Notes under the pieces: model-generated | The model's database searches: none | What the model saw: the letters and a program-made list of their open reading frames with translations, nothing else | Told to the model about the DNA's origin: nothing | Shown: piece after piece, positions 1 to 12,288 of the stretch | Position numbering within the stretch: position 1 is the stretch's first letter | Layout of the letters: each line of letters opens with the position of its first letter | Program-made: the position numbers and the translations under genes | From: Prorocentrum cordatum | Taxonomy: Eukaryota | Direction of reading: 5' to 3' | Length of the DNA: 56,826 nucleotides | Assembly: GCA_963575745.1 (NCBI GenBank) | Contig: CAUYUJ010000063.1 | Location: 62,001-118,826, forward strand

Positions 1-36
1 GCCCCCTCCCCCCCCCAATGTGATTTCTAGCCTTAA

Positions 37-186
37 GTCGGGCCTGTCCCTCTACAGGAGGAATATTCAAAAATACGAAGGAAATAGTATGGGGACGATT
101 TTTTGATTATGTTTAGCATGTTTGGAGTATTCTGGGGTATTTTTTATTTGTCGTTCAAAATCGGCCTGTAGGGGGACAGGCCCGGC
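37..186. repeat. Hairpin/MITE-like element with 22-bp inverted arms and AT-rich core
   Basis: gtcgggcctgtccctctacagg (37-58) matches the reverse complement of cctgtagggggacaggcccggc (165-186) at 20/22; diverged copy at 21202-21312 and a right arm near 20027. Confidence 0.7.
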
Positions 187-418
187 ATAATTCTAGCCCC
201 AGGGGGAGGGGGGGGGGAGGTGGGGGCAGCCAGGTATCTCACGCACCTCTACACCCCCGACAAGCGGGTGTCGGCGGATCCGCCGCCCCCTGTTGATTCA
301 TCACAGGGGTGCCTGGCGTGCTGACTCCTTTCGCTTTTGGTTTTGGCTCTTTTCCCAGAAGAACTCTCCTTGGGGCTTCGGCCCGTCCGGCCGGCCACCC
401 GAAAGGGACCTCAACGAC

Positions 419-1095
419 CGCAACAAATCCTCCAAGACGGCTCCAGATGGCCTCCAAGATGGCCACGTTGGCCCAAGATGGCCTCCAAGATGGCCCAAGA
501 TGGCCTCCAAGTACGCCACAGATGGTCCAAGTTGGCCTCCAAGACGGCCCAAGAGAGTCCACGATGCCTTCAAGTTCGTCCAAGAAGCCTCCAAGACGGC
601 CCAAGATGGCTCCAAGATGGCCTAAGACTGGCCAAGATGCCCCCTAAGAGGCCTCCAAGACGTCCTCCAGGAAGCCCCAAAGGGCAAAATTCATTGATGT
701 TCCTTAGGTGTTTGAAGGATTTGGGCCGGGCATTTTCTTATCAGCTCTTCGACGGCCCAAGACGGCCCAACAGGCCCCCGACATCGTCCCAAGAGCGCCC
801 AAGAGGCCTCCAAGATGGCCGCATGACAGCCCAAGAGGCCCCCAGGAGGGCTCCAAGAAGGCCTCAAGACGGCCCAAGATGGCCCCGAAGACGCTCAAGA
901 TGGCCTCCAAAACGGCCAAGATGGCCTCCAAGATGCCTCCAACCAAGACGGCCAAGAAGGCCTCCAAGACAGCGAAGATGGCCCCAAGATGCACCCAAGA
1001 CGATTCCATATGGCCTCAAGATGGCCTTAGATTGCACAAAAGGCCCGCCAGAGGCCTCCAAGACGGCCCAAGACCCCTCCATGACGACCTCCAGG
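419..1095 (+). repeat. CCAAGA-ladder dispersed repeat (10-12-bp units) with AT-rich internal module
   Basis: Alternating tggcccaaga / tggcctccaaga units; same family recurs about 10 times in the window, mostly on the minus strand. Confidence 0.85.
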
Positions 1096-2944
1096 AGGCC
1101 CGAAAGCTCGGAAACCACCTGGTCCAATAGCTCGCCCGACCCGGGGAACGTGTGGCACGAAGCTTGGCCAAGCTCAACCCCAACTTTCGGCCACGCAGGC
1201 GCTTCCAAAAAGGCAGGGGGCGGCGGTGATTCGCCGCAGGCGTCTTCGATCCTGAGAGCTTTGGGGTCGTTTGCTTCGGCGGCGCGCGGCGGCGGAGCAT
1301 TCGGCCTGCGCGTGGCGTGCGGCGGGGGGGGGGTCCGTCTGGCGCGCTCCTGTCTACTCTGGCGCTGGGCTCGCGTGTGAGATGGATGTCCTCTCGGCTC
1401 CTTCGCACGATTCTCGGGTGTGCGGGTGATCTCTGGCTTGGGCTTCGCAGCGTGGTCCTGGAAGTGCCTCTCCCGCTCCCTCGTCTTCTGAAGCCTGATG
1501 GCGGTACTGATCTTGGTAGGAACCTTGGGAGGTGCGTGCTGGTTCACATCGACGAGACTGGTTTGGCATGCCCGTTGCCTTGGGATCCAGACTTGGGCCT
1601 GGCAATTGGAAGTTCGCCTGGGGCAACGCCATGAGAGACTGCCCTCACCGTTTCGTTGATATTCGTAGATTGAAGGCAAGTCTGGCCATGATCATCCGTT
1701 CTACGGGATGTTTGCTGTGTTTGGCTTGCATTTTGCGATGCAATTTCACCCTGCTCCCAGAGTTGTGCTGGCATTCGAACGGAACATGCAGCAGAAGTTG
1801 TTCGTTGGGCTTCGGTTCTCTCTCAACCGCATCATGTGCGCTCGTCTTCGGGACCTAGGGCTCAGCCTGGAATTTCCCGACCTGGCCAGCATCGGTATTG
1901 GGCCCAGGTTCGTCTGGCACGCGAGTCTGTTGCGTTTGGGAAAGTCCGTTCGCTGGTGGGGGGCTTTCAGATGCAGGGTGACTTTCGCCCAGCTCGGATG
2001 AGCCACCCTTGGTGGCAGAATTCTCCAGTGCGCTCCGCGGTTGCGAACTTGGGCCAGAGCGTTGGTTATTGCGAGAGGCGTTCGTTCCGCCTTCGGGGTT
2101 CCAGGGGAAACTCATAAAGAGGATTCAGGCGAGGGCCCCGCCCATCCTCCCGATTCATTGCCTGCAGATTTGAATTACGCGGTGACTCCGAGGAATTGCT
2201 GTCTCCTGTGTTTCTTGCGTCATTCAAGTTATCCGTCAGGTTGTGTAGGGCAACTCGTATCATCTTGAGATTGCTGTGCTTCGCGTGTTGTCTCGCGGGG
2301 TCTGCGCCATTGCTCGATATCACCGTGGGCCTGAAAGGTGTCGCTGGAATTGTGGTAGGCATGGTTCTATGTATTCGATAGGGCACTCGCGTGCGGTATG
2401 TCCAGAATTTTCACGTCTGCGCTTAGATGTTGTCCCTTGTCTTTTTATTGTTTTAAACGAAGAGTCTGGGTTCGAATCTTTAGTGCTTACATCCCTCCTC
2501 GTTCCCAGTGCAACGTTTACTTTGTGCAAGTTTTGTGGGCGTTGTCTTGTTTGTTCAAGGTTGCTGTCGCGAGGGCTCGATTACCCTGCTCTTATAAACG
2601 CGCGTGCAGTTCCACTGGTCGGAGGCATGCGAACTCCAGGCTGCCTGGCTCGAGCTCCGTGGTTAAGTGTTGGCCCTTGGGGGTGTGTTGCGTTGGCCTG
2701 TTGTTGTCTTCGATTCCCGTTGGTGGGATGGTGTTCGCGCCCCCTCCTACTGCGGCCAGGGGAGCGGGGGCTGGTGTCACGAGCTCGCCTCGCGCATGAG
2801 GTGCGGCTGGCCGAGCCTGCGGACCCGCTGCCCGTGGCCGCAGGTCCCCGCTGGTGGAAGCAGAGCTTCGGCGAGGAGGACAACGACCCCGGGTACCTCG
2901 GCTCCTAGCGGCAGAACGACGACGCCGTGTCGAGCGCGAGCTAC

Positions 2945-3100
2945 AGTAGGGGCCCGTCCACAAGAAAGCTTCCACAAGAAACCCAACCCCGAGACCCCAG
3001 GACGTCACGCCTTCCACTGCACAACCATCGAGGCCCAAGAGAAGCCCAGGGCACCCTGGAGGCAGGCAGGGTGCATCTTGGCATGGGCCTCCCACTGCAG
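2945..3100 (+). repeat. Dispersed repeat, inverted copy at ~12505-12680
   Basis: aagcccagggcaccctggaggcaggcagggtgcatcttggcatgggcctcccactgca aligns to the reverse complement of tgcagtggaagcccatgccaagaaccaccctgcttgccgccagggtgccctgggttt. Confidence 0.75.
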
Positions 3101-3751
3101 GAGCCCCAGGGCGCGTTGGACGGCCGGGCGCACGGCGGGCGCCGCCAGCACGACGAGGGCACGGGCCGGCCCCCCCCGCGGCGACGGCGCGGGGGCGGAG
3201 GCGCGCGAACGGCTCCCGCTGCGCAGGGCGACGGAGGAGCTCGCCGCCCCCGCGGCCGAGGCGGGGCGGGGAGCCGCGCACGGAGCTCGCGAGGGCCGAC
3301 GTCCGCGCGCTGGAGGCGCGGCTCCTCCGCGAGCACGGCGTGGCCGAGGCGAGGGGCCCCGAGCTCGGGGAGCTGCGGGCCCAGGCGGCGCGGGGCGCCC
3401 AGGAGGTCGCCCCCCTGCGCGGCGGCAGGGCAGCCAACCGCGCCGAGCGCCGCCCGGCCCAGGGCCAAGCGCCGCCCGGCCCAGGGCCACCGCCCCGCGG
3501 GGGGTCTGCCGCGGCCGAGCCTGACCAACCTTACGGCGCCGCGCGGGGACTCCGAGCGAAGCAGCCGACGAGTTCCCAGCAGCCTTGTAAGAGGCTCGGG
3601 CCGTTGGTGCTTTGATCGCGGCCCTGCACGACGACCCGGACCATCGTTTTCAGTAGTTTCGATGGGTTTCTAGCGGCGATATCCGAACCTTCCATGTTTT
3701 GCATCGGCATTGCAATCGAAGTTCTGTGTCGTTGATGGCTTGTGGCAGTAC

Positions 3752-3813
<62 letters not shown>

Positions 3814-3869
3814 GCAGCAGCATCATCATCATCATCATCATCGTCATCATCGTCATTATGATCATTATG

Positions 3870-3928
<59 letters not shown>

Positions 3929-4004
3929 TGCCATCACCATCACCAACACCGTCCTCATCGTCATCGTCAGCATCATCATCGTCATAATCCTCGTCATCAT
4001 CAGC

Positions 4005-4051
<47 letters not shown>

Positions 4052-4178
4052 TATCATCATCACAATCATCATAATCATCTTCCTCATCACCATAATCATC
4101 ATCACCACCACCATCATCATCATCATATCATCATCCTCCTCCTCCTCCTCCTCCTCCTCATCATCATCATCATCATCA

Positions 4179-4240
<62 letters not shown>

Positions 4241-4312
4241 ATCCTTCCTCCTCCTCCTCCTACCTCTTCCTCCTCCTCCTCCTCCTCCTCCTCCTCCTCC
4301 TCCTCCCTCCTC
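3752..4312. repeat. Compound microsatellite (CAT)n/(CGT)n/(CCT)n
   Basis: Direct reading of trinucleotide runs. Confidence 0.95.
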
Positions 4313-4589
4313 CTTGTTTTGCTCCTCCTCTCCCTTCGGGGCCATCCCCCTTCTGCCCCATACTCCCTCCCCTCACCCCAGCCATTCCTCGTGCCCCTGC
4401 TGCTCCGCCTGCCCCACCCCGCTCTCCCTCCTCCCCAGAGCGCACACCCCCCCGCCCTGGCGAGCGCGGCTGCGCGCGGCGGGGCCGCGGCGCCGGGAAG
4501 GGCAGGCCTGGGTCTGGGAGAAGAACGGCGGCCTCGATCGCCGGAGGCAGGAGGCCGGGCCGCGGGGCGGAGATCCGGGCCGCACGAGC

Positions 4590-4715
4590 CTTGGCACCGC
4601 TCGGACGTGCGCATTTCCTTTCGGCGGGGACCACCGAGGGCCATCCCAGATCATCCAGCAGAAAGAGCACGTTCCAGGCCGAAACATGCACGGGGAAGGT
4701 GCGTTCGAGCGAGGG
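4590..4715 (+). repeat. Dispersed repeat, second copy at ~56585-56720
   Basis: ggcaccgctcggacgtgcgcat...ggaccaccgagg...atgcacggggaa shared with ggcatcgctcgggcgtgcgcat...ggaccaccgagg...atgcacggggaa. Confidence 0.7.
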
Positions 4716-5329
4716 CGAGGGGCGGGGCCAGAGCAGGCGGGGACGGAGGATCACGCCGCATCGGCGACGCATCGGCGATGCGGTTTGATTCAGGGCCCGT
4801 TTTTCTCCCTCTCGACGTCGCCTGCGAATCGCCGATGCATCGGCGATGCGGCGCGATCCTCCGACACCAGCTGCTCGGACCCCATCAGGGCGGCTTCCAG
4901 GAGGGCCCAACTGGGCGGGGCGCGACCTTGGCGAACTACTTGGGTCGGCTTGGAAGGGTAGCTTGGCGAAATGAGGATAGACGTAGGACAGAGCATGAGG
5001 ATACAATAGGATAACCATGAGGATCCAAGACCTTCACTTTGAATGCCCATCCTCCAGGAAAAGCCACCCCAACAGAGTAGGCGAAAGCCTCCAGAGTTGA
5101 GGCCGAATGTCGAACTCCACTCTGGAGTTGTTGGACCCTCTGGGGGTGGGGATCGAGGAGGATCAATGCTCAAAAGGTGCGCAAATTCTGGATGTCCAGA
5201 AGGCCTCCGAGGGCCTCCAGAGGCGCACTTCCGCAGGGACCTCCAGAGGCGCCCAGATGCGGGTGGAACTCTCGAGGAGGTGAAGGAGGAGGGCTACGCA
5301 GGAAGGGGAAGGAGAAGGAGCAGGATCAT

Positions 5330-5422
5330 GAACATTATGGTGATAATGATGGAGATGGTGATGGTGATGGTGATGGCGATGGTGATGGTGATGGTGATGG
5401 TGATGGTGATGGTGATGGTGGG

Positions 5423-5460
<38 letters not shown>

Positions 5461-6366
5461 GTGATCATGGTGATCATGGTGATGATGGTGATGATGGTGA
5501 TGGTGGTGATGATGATGATGCTGATGCTGATGCTGCTGCTGCTGATGATGATGACTACGATGACGATGACGACGACGACAACGACGATGATGATGTTGAT
5601 GATGATGATGCTGATGCTGATGATGATGTCGATGCTGGTGATGGTGCTGGTGCTGCTGCTGATGACGATAGTGATGATGGTGATAATGATGATGCTGCTG
5701 ATGATGATGATGGTGGTGACGATACTGGCCATGTCGATGACTATGACGATGACGATGACGATGGCGGTGAACACAAACATTATGGTGAGGATGATGCTGG
5801 TGATGATGACGGTGACGGTGACGATGACGATGACGATGACGATAACTATAACGATGATGATGACAATGACGGTGATAATGACAATAACTACGACGATGAT
5901 GATGAATACGAAAATGATGATCATGAGCATGATGATGATGGTGCTGCTGATGATGATGCTGATGGTGAGAATGAGGATGATGACGATGGTGGTGGTGGTG
6001 ATGATGGTGGTGATGATTATGACGATGGCGATGATTATGATGATGGTGAAGATGATGATGTTGATGATGCTGATGCTGATGATGATGCTGGTGATGATGC
6101 TGATGATGACGATGATGTTGATGCTGATGATGATGCTGATGATGCTGCTGCTGATGATGATGGTGGTGATGACGATGATGATGAGGATGATGGTGGTGGT
6201 GGTGGTGGGGGTGATGATGATGGTGGTGGTGATGACGATGGTAAGTTTCATTGTTTTTGTTATTGATCGGATGATGACGATTGGTGATGATGACGACGAC
6301 GATGACGATGTCGATGACAACTACGATCATGCTGATGTTGACGGTGATGCTGATGCTGACGGTAAT
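5330..6366. repeat. Degenerate (GAT/GAC/GGT/GCT)n microsatellite
   Basis: Trinucleotide mosaic; produces the spurious poly-D/poly-M/poly-H ORFs. Confidence 0.95.
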
Positions 6367-7094
6367 GGTGCGGCGCAATCGGCGGCGCTCCTATGGATTA
6401 CCTGTCCCTGGTGTCCTCAGGAATGTCGAGGACCAGGGGTAGGAGGAGGAGCAGGCGGAGCGGGAGCGGGAAGAGGGAAGGGAGCAGGAGGCCGAGCGGC
6501 AGGGAACGCGTTCCCACCTGGCACTAGCAAATGGAAGGCGCTCGCTTGCGGCCCCACTTGCGGCGACTTGGCGAAAGGTAAACTGCGCGGTCGCGCAGGG
6601 GCGGGAGCGGTACAATTTCCAATGGTCGCGGCGAAGACGAATCATGCGCCGCGCTGGCATAGCATTGTCGATGTCATTCATAAGTTGCGCGGCCCTTGGG
6701 CGAGGTCGGCCCTTTCTCCCCGCCCTCGCGCGGCCCCGCTGCGGCTGTCGCTCCTCGTGCGATCTTGGCGGACGGGCGGGGTGCTGCTCCCGAGCGGAGT
6801 GCGCACAGGGCCTGGGCGTGGGCGACAAGTCGCCCGCTCGCGCGGGCCCCCCGGGGGAGCGGCGAGTGCCCAGAACGCGGCGCGCCGAGGCGGGAGAGCG
6901 CCACTTAGCAGGCGGAAGCTGCGCGGCACCCGCGGCGGGAACGACACTCGCGTCCGCGCTGCGCGTCGGCGAAGGGGCGTGCGCCAGGCGTGCGCCGCGC
7001 CCAGCCAGGAGTTCCACTCTCGCGATCAAGGGGCGCGGCGCCGAGGCGAGAGCGGCATGTTCTGCCTTTCGCGGGGGATGTGCCCCCAGCCGTG

Positions 7095-7165
7095 TGATGC
7101 TCCAACCGACTTTAGCCTTGACCACCAGAAAGAATTTCGAGCACCCGAAAAATACCGGAACTGGA
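7095..7165 (+). repeat. Dispersed repeat, second copy at ~55750-55820
   Basis: tttagccttgaccaccagaaagaatttcgagc identical in both copies with similar flanks. Confidence 0.8.
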
Positions 7166-7363
7166 GGGTTTTCACGGAGCAACATAACCCCCGCCCCACT
7201 TTTGCCGCGCTTTCTGCAACATGGACACGATGTTCAGGCTGAAGGCGGAAATGCAGACTTTGCATTTCGTTTGGCAGTTCTGGTGGGCGGTCCCCGTCTC
7301 GTTGGCCATCGGCCGGCCAGGTGGCAGAGTAGGAGAAAAAATGAAACGATGAGGGATGCAGGC

Positions 7364-7388
7364 TGATGATGATGATGATGATGATGAC

Positions 7389-7468
<80 letters not shown>

Positions 7469-7480
7469 TGCTGCTGCTTC

Positions 7481-7541
<61 letters not shown>

Positions 7542-7549
7542 GATGATGC

Positions 7550-7639
<90 letters not shown>

Positions 7640-7743
7640 GGAGGAGGACAGGAGGAGCAGGAGGAGCAGGAGGGAGGAGGGCGGGAGCATGAGGAGGAGG
7701 AGGAGGAGGAGGAGGAGGAGGAGGAGGAGGAGGAAGAGGAGGA
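7364..7743. repeat. (GAT)n/(GATGAC)n/(GAG)n microsatellite
   Basis: Direct reading. Confidence 0.95.
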
Positions 7744-7886
7744 CCACCTTCGCGGCTAGGAGTGACAGGGTGCTCCTTGCAGCTTGCAGCCCTCAAGAGG
7801 CATCCCCATGCCCTGCGTCCAGGGCCTCCAGGGGCACGCAGTCGCTCAGGGCCAGTGGAGTTCTGCTGCGCCCATCGTTCCGAAGA

Positions 7887-9863
7887 CAGGGTGGCGGGTT
7901 GATCATACCCGTCTTTAATCGCTTCGCTCACTCCGCCGGCCCGTATTTTTCCATCGCAGGCGTTTGCCTGCGCGTTCGTGGCCTCTTGGGGGCCGTTTGG
8001 GGGCCTCTTGGAGCCTTTTTTAGGCCCTCTTCGGGGCCTCCTGGGGCCTCCAGGGGGCCTCCTGGGCTCTCTTGGGGGCCTCCTGGGGGCTTCTTGGGGC
8101 GGAAGGCTCGAATCGGTCGGTGGTTCGTGTTCCCCCTCTTGGGGCCGTCTTGGGGCTTTCTTGAGCGGTCTTGGGCGCGTCTGGGGCCGTTTTGGGGCTG
8201 TCTTGGACCGTCTGGGGGCCCTCTTGGGGGCCTCTTGGGGCGGCCTTGGTGGCTTCTTGGGCCATCCTGGAACGTCGGAAAGCAGAAAAGACGAGAAGGC
8301 TAAAAACCGCCAATCAGGAAAATCAATGATTGCTAAGGCCTTACGGCTGGTGCCGCCGACCCTGGAGGTCTCGGCCTTCGACGGAAATGGGAGGGAGAGG
8401 GCGGGCCATGGGCCCCGGGAGGGTGGTATTCTGACTCAAGACCCCCCCTGGGACCCCCTTCTGGGACCCCCCCCCTTCGAGTAAACACCGACGTTGCTCA
8501 GATTGGTTTCCCCTCCGCGTCGCGGCCACTCCCCTCCCCCGAAGGGAGCCGCCCAGTTGCCCCCCCCCTCCCCCCCCTTGCGCATCTGGGTGCGACCCCC
8601 CCCCATCCTTACTTCCAATGATTAAACACCCCCACATCCCCACCTAGCCGGCCGATAGCAACCCCGCCGTCCTAATTATCAGAAATCAACACAAACTCTT
8701 TTTTTCTCGCCAGCATGTCGTCGAGTTGCGAAAAGTATAGCAATAATGGGACGGAATGAATATCGCTTGGGCAACCCTAAGCGGGTGGTCGCGTCCTACC
8801 TATCAACAAAAACAATACAGCGTCAACGTTTTCCTCGTCAACATGGACTTTCTTGTCGTCGACGCTTCGAAAAGTGTAGTAGGAATTGGACGCGGCGCGC
8901 ATCGCGCGCGGACGCCTGGCCAACCACCCTACGCGGGACCCCCCGTCCTACCTGTCAAAGAACACCGCAACGTCGACGTATTTCTTGCCAACATGTGTTT
9001 TCTCCTCGTCGGCGCTGCGAATCGCGTAGCGGGAATGGGACGCGGCGCACATCGCGCGGGGACGCCTGCTCGTCAACATGGATTTTCTTGTGGTCGACGC
9101 TGCGGCCCGTCGGGTTGAGGAGCTGGGCGGGCTGCAAGTCTGAATGCTTCAAGCAAGTGCTTCAGGAGACCCCCAGGAGGGCGAAAAAAGGCGTCCAGGA
9201 GGTCCTGGGGGGGGCAACACAAGTATTGATTTGCCTTTGGTGTTTGAAGGATTGTGAGGTTAGCACCTACTTGTGTTGGCAATGTTCCAACCCAGAAGAT
9301 GTATCCAACAGGCCCTCAGGCGCATGCCAGAAAGCTCCCCGGGCGCCCCGCGAATTCCCAGGAGGCATTCTCCTCTTCCTCCTCAGTTTCTCCCTCTCTC
9401 CCTCTCTCCCTCTCTCCCTCCCCTCCTCCTCCTCCTCCTCCTGATCCTCCGCCTCCTCCTCCTCCCCCTCCTCCTCCCCTTCCTCCATGCGCGGCAGGAG
9501 CGAAACGATTGGCGGTGCAACGCGCGCGGCTGGAATGAGACGCGGCGCGCTTCGTGCGCCTGACACGTTGGCGCCGACGATGCAACATGAGAGGCCGGAG
9601 CGGGGCGCGGCGTACATCGCGCGCGGTCTTGTTTCTCGTCGACGTTGCTCAACGCGCGGCAGGAATAGGACGCAGCTCATGTCGTGGGCTGAGCGTCTAG
9701 CCGCCCACGATATAATATGAACGACAGGCGTCGGACGCGACGCACTTGCTTCTTATGTTGCGGGAGGGCGGGTGGGAGTGGTCGGAACCCTCTGGCTCGT
9801 TCGAGTTGGCTAACTTGACCCCCCCGCACCCCCCCCCCGCACCCCCTCTCGCCACTCGGGGGG
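7887..9863 (+). repeat. ~2-kb direct repeat, copy 1 (copy 2 at 15517-17470)
   Basis: Near-identical from cagggtggcgggttgatcataccc to ctctcgccactcggg; ORF-track translations of the two copies are almost identical. Confidence 0.95.
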
Positions 9864-10177
9864 AAGGGATCCAAGGGAAGTGGCTTCGTTTTCGAGTAAA
9901 CTACGACGTTGCTCAGATTGGCTTCCCCCCCGTGTCCGGGGGGGGCAGGTTGGCTCCCCCCCCGGGTCGCGGCTGCTCCCTTCGCCCGGGGAGAGTCGAC
10001 CGTTCCCCATTTTGGAGCCGACGTGGCGGTGCCGCGGGCAGCTCCCCTCCCCCGAGGGGAGCCGACCATCCGTTCTGGAGCCGACGTGACGATCCCGTGG
10101 GCGACGACGACCCACGCAAGATGACGAGACCAGGATACGCTTTCCACGCGCCGACAGGGTCGGCGGATTTCTGTCTT

Positions 10178-10940
10178 TGGGGACCTCTTGGGAGGCATCT
10201 TGGAAACCTCGTGGGCCGTCTTGGCGGCCTCTTGGGCCGTTTTGAGGCCATTTTGGGAGGTTTGGGGCGATTTGGAGGCGTCTCCTGCCCTTCTTGGGTT
10301 CGTTTCGGAGCGTTCTTGGGCCCGTGCGTGTGGCCGCCTCCTGGGCCGTCTTGGAGCCGTCTTGGGCCATCGTGGGGCCATTTGGGGGGCCTCTTGGGCT
10401 GTGGTGGGGCGGTGTTGGAGGCCTCTTGGGCCATATTAGGGCGTCGGAAAGCCGAACAGGCGAGAAGGCTGAAAACTTCAAAAGCCCTAAGGAAAATCAA
10501 ACATTTTGTCGCGTGGGGATCTTGGGAGGCCTCGTGGAAGCCTCTTGGGCCGTCTTGGCGGCCTTTTGGGCCGTCTTGAAACCATCTTGGGCGGCTTGGG
10601 GCGATTTGGGTGTGTCTCTGGCCCCTCTTGGGGCCGTCTTGGGGTGTTTTTGGGCCGGCTTGGGCGCCTCTTGGGCCATCTTGGTGCCCTCTTGGGCCGT
10701 CTTGGGGCCGTCTTGGGCTCTTTTGGGCCGATCTTGGGGGCGTGTAGGGCCGTCCGGGGATGATGTTGGAGGCCTCTGGGGCAGTTCTGGACGCTGTGAA
10801 CCCCCAAGCGTCGCACATGCGAAAAATGTACGTTTTCCGAAGGAAATGGGACGATTTTTGCTTGTTGGGGCCCTCTTGGAGAGCCTCTTGAGGCGTTCTT
10901 GGGGCTTTTTCGCGGCCTCGGCGCCCTCCTGGCGCGCTCC
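10178..10940 (-). repeat. CCAAGA-ladder repeat (minus orientation)
   Basis: gggccgtcttgg units with the conserved cgtcggaaagccga...aaaatcaa module. Confidence 0.85.
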
Positions 10941-11269
10941 TGGAGCGCACTGGGGGAGTCAGCCAGTCACCGCCCGGGCATCGGCCGGGGTACTTTTCGT
11001 CCAGGGGTCCCCACGGGCCGCCACGCGCGCACGGACTAGAAGTATTGTTAACCTGTCACCGGAGATCTTGGCACGCCTCTGGCCCGTTGGGCCGGCGAAT
11101 TTCCACGTCATCGTCCGTCTCGCTCTTCGTCGGCATCCCTCCCCTTTCTCCTGCTCCTTCTCTCCTATCATCATCCTGATCCTCCTCATCATCTCCTCCA
11201 CTCCTTGATCCACCTTCACACCCCGTCCTCGATGCCCTGTCGGGCTCCGTTCCTGCTTCTCGTGTTCTG

Positions 11270-11290
11270 CCGTAGCCGTTCTGGCTCAAG
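11270..11290 (+). promoter_or_regulatory. Relic dinoflagellate spliced leader (DinoSL)
   Basis: CCGTAGCCGTTCTGGCTCAAG matches CCGTAGCCATTTTGGCTCAAG at 19/21, 74 nt upstream of ATG 11365. Confidence 0.9.
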
Positions 11291-11364
11291 GTCCCAGCTG
11301 AGGGGTCCTTTCTGAGCCGTTCAGCCGTCGCAGAGCACGCACTGAACACTTCATATTTTGGCGC

Positions 11365-12288
11365 ATGTTATCTTCGAGTGCGTTTTTACTTCTGTGCCTG
11401 AGTTGTACATACCCCACTTTGTCATTGTCTCTCAACAGATACTCGCCAGGCATCCTGGAGGGGGGATGCGCAGACACTCCAGACCCCCTTCAAGTTGGAC
11501 TTGGACGGGCCCCGTTCATAGTCAATCCGGATTATGAGAACCAGTCCGGGTTTTTGGAAACGATGGATTTGGCCTTCGGTGCTGCTCATGGATATAACAA
11601 TTTAGGGGGCCCAAACTGGTTTCCGTCGAAGGAGTCGTTTCTTCTAGAGAGAAGAGTGCCAGCGAAAAAAAAGGCAATGACCATCAATCTTGTTATCAGT
11701 CTGACCAACGAAACGCTCCCGCATTGGGCTTACGATATCGTTGATGGAAAATGGGGCGCTGACGTTTCGGTCTCTGCGTACGTCAAAACCCCAGGTCTCA
11801 GTCGCAGAGAGAGCGAGGAAGGGAGGGTGTTGAGAGTAAGCGATCGTCTGGAGATGATCGCCATTCCCGATGTCGGGCGAAACGAACATGCTTACGTGTG
11901 GCATCTGGCGCGAAAAGCTCCGTCCTTCGCAGACGTTGAGATTTTTACAAAAACCAATGGTGCGAATTGCCACGTCGACGTTCGGGAGGTAATGGTAAAA
12001 ACCATGGTGGACGTAGCGCGGAACGGCACTTATGGATCTGTGTCCTACCCATGGGAGTATGACCGGCGGTATTTGCAGGTGCGGTGCGACAGCGCATGGG
12101 CAGATTTCCCTCTCTACCACGCATTCTGCGAGTCTGGTGCCAAGGGGGTCTTGATCCCCGCGAAGAGTTACAAGAACGGCAGTGTTCCTCTGTATGCAGT
12201 AACGTCACGGGTTACAGCTAGCAAAGGCCCAGCCGATCTCAGTTTTGCCTTGAGCCAGTTGAAGCAGCCGCTCCCTTTTATCCAAGAG
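11365..12288 (+). CDS. DUF3431-like secreted/membrane-anchored protein, exon 1 (308 codons)
   Basis: Hydrophobic N-terminus (MLSSSAFLLLCLSC); NLVISLTNETLPHW and IPDVGRNEHAYVWHLARKAPSFADVEIF resemble the DUF3431 LPNVGRE-H-YL-HI...AD..VF pattern; ends at CAAGAG|GC donor, phase 0. Confidence 0.75.

Noticed and set aside
293..1380. KMAS/PRWP-repeat ORFs as histone-like or DVNP-like proteins
   Set aside because: Translation of the CCAAGA-ladder repeat; 10-12-bp units do not keep frame and the repeat occurs in both orientations.
1380..2560. Decayed retroelement coding region on the minus strand
   Set aside because: Strand composition is suggestive but no diagnostic motif could be read in any frame.
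3650..7750. Long poly-His/Asp/Met/Ile ORFs (also 23225-24517)
   Set aside because: They arise from stop-free trinucleotide microsatellites open in several frames on both strands.
11270..11290. Functional SL RNA gene
   Set aside because: Although followed by GT, it has two mismatches to DinoSL and leads into a 5' UTR and ORF, which fits a relic better.
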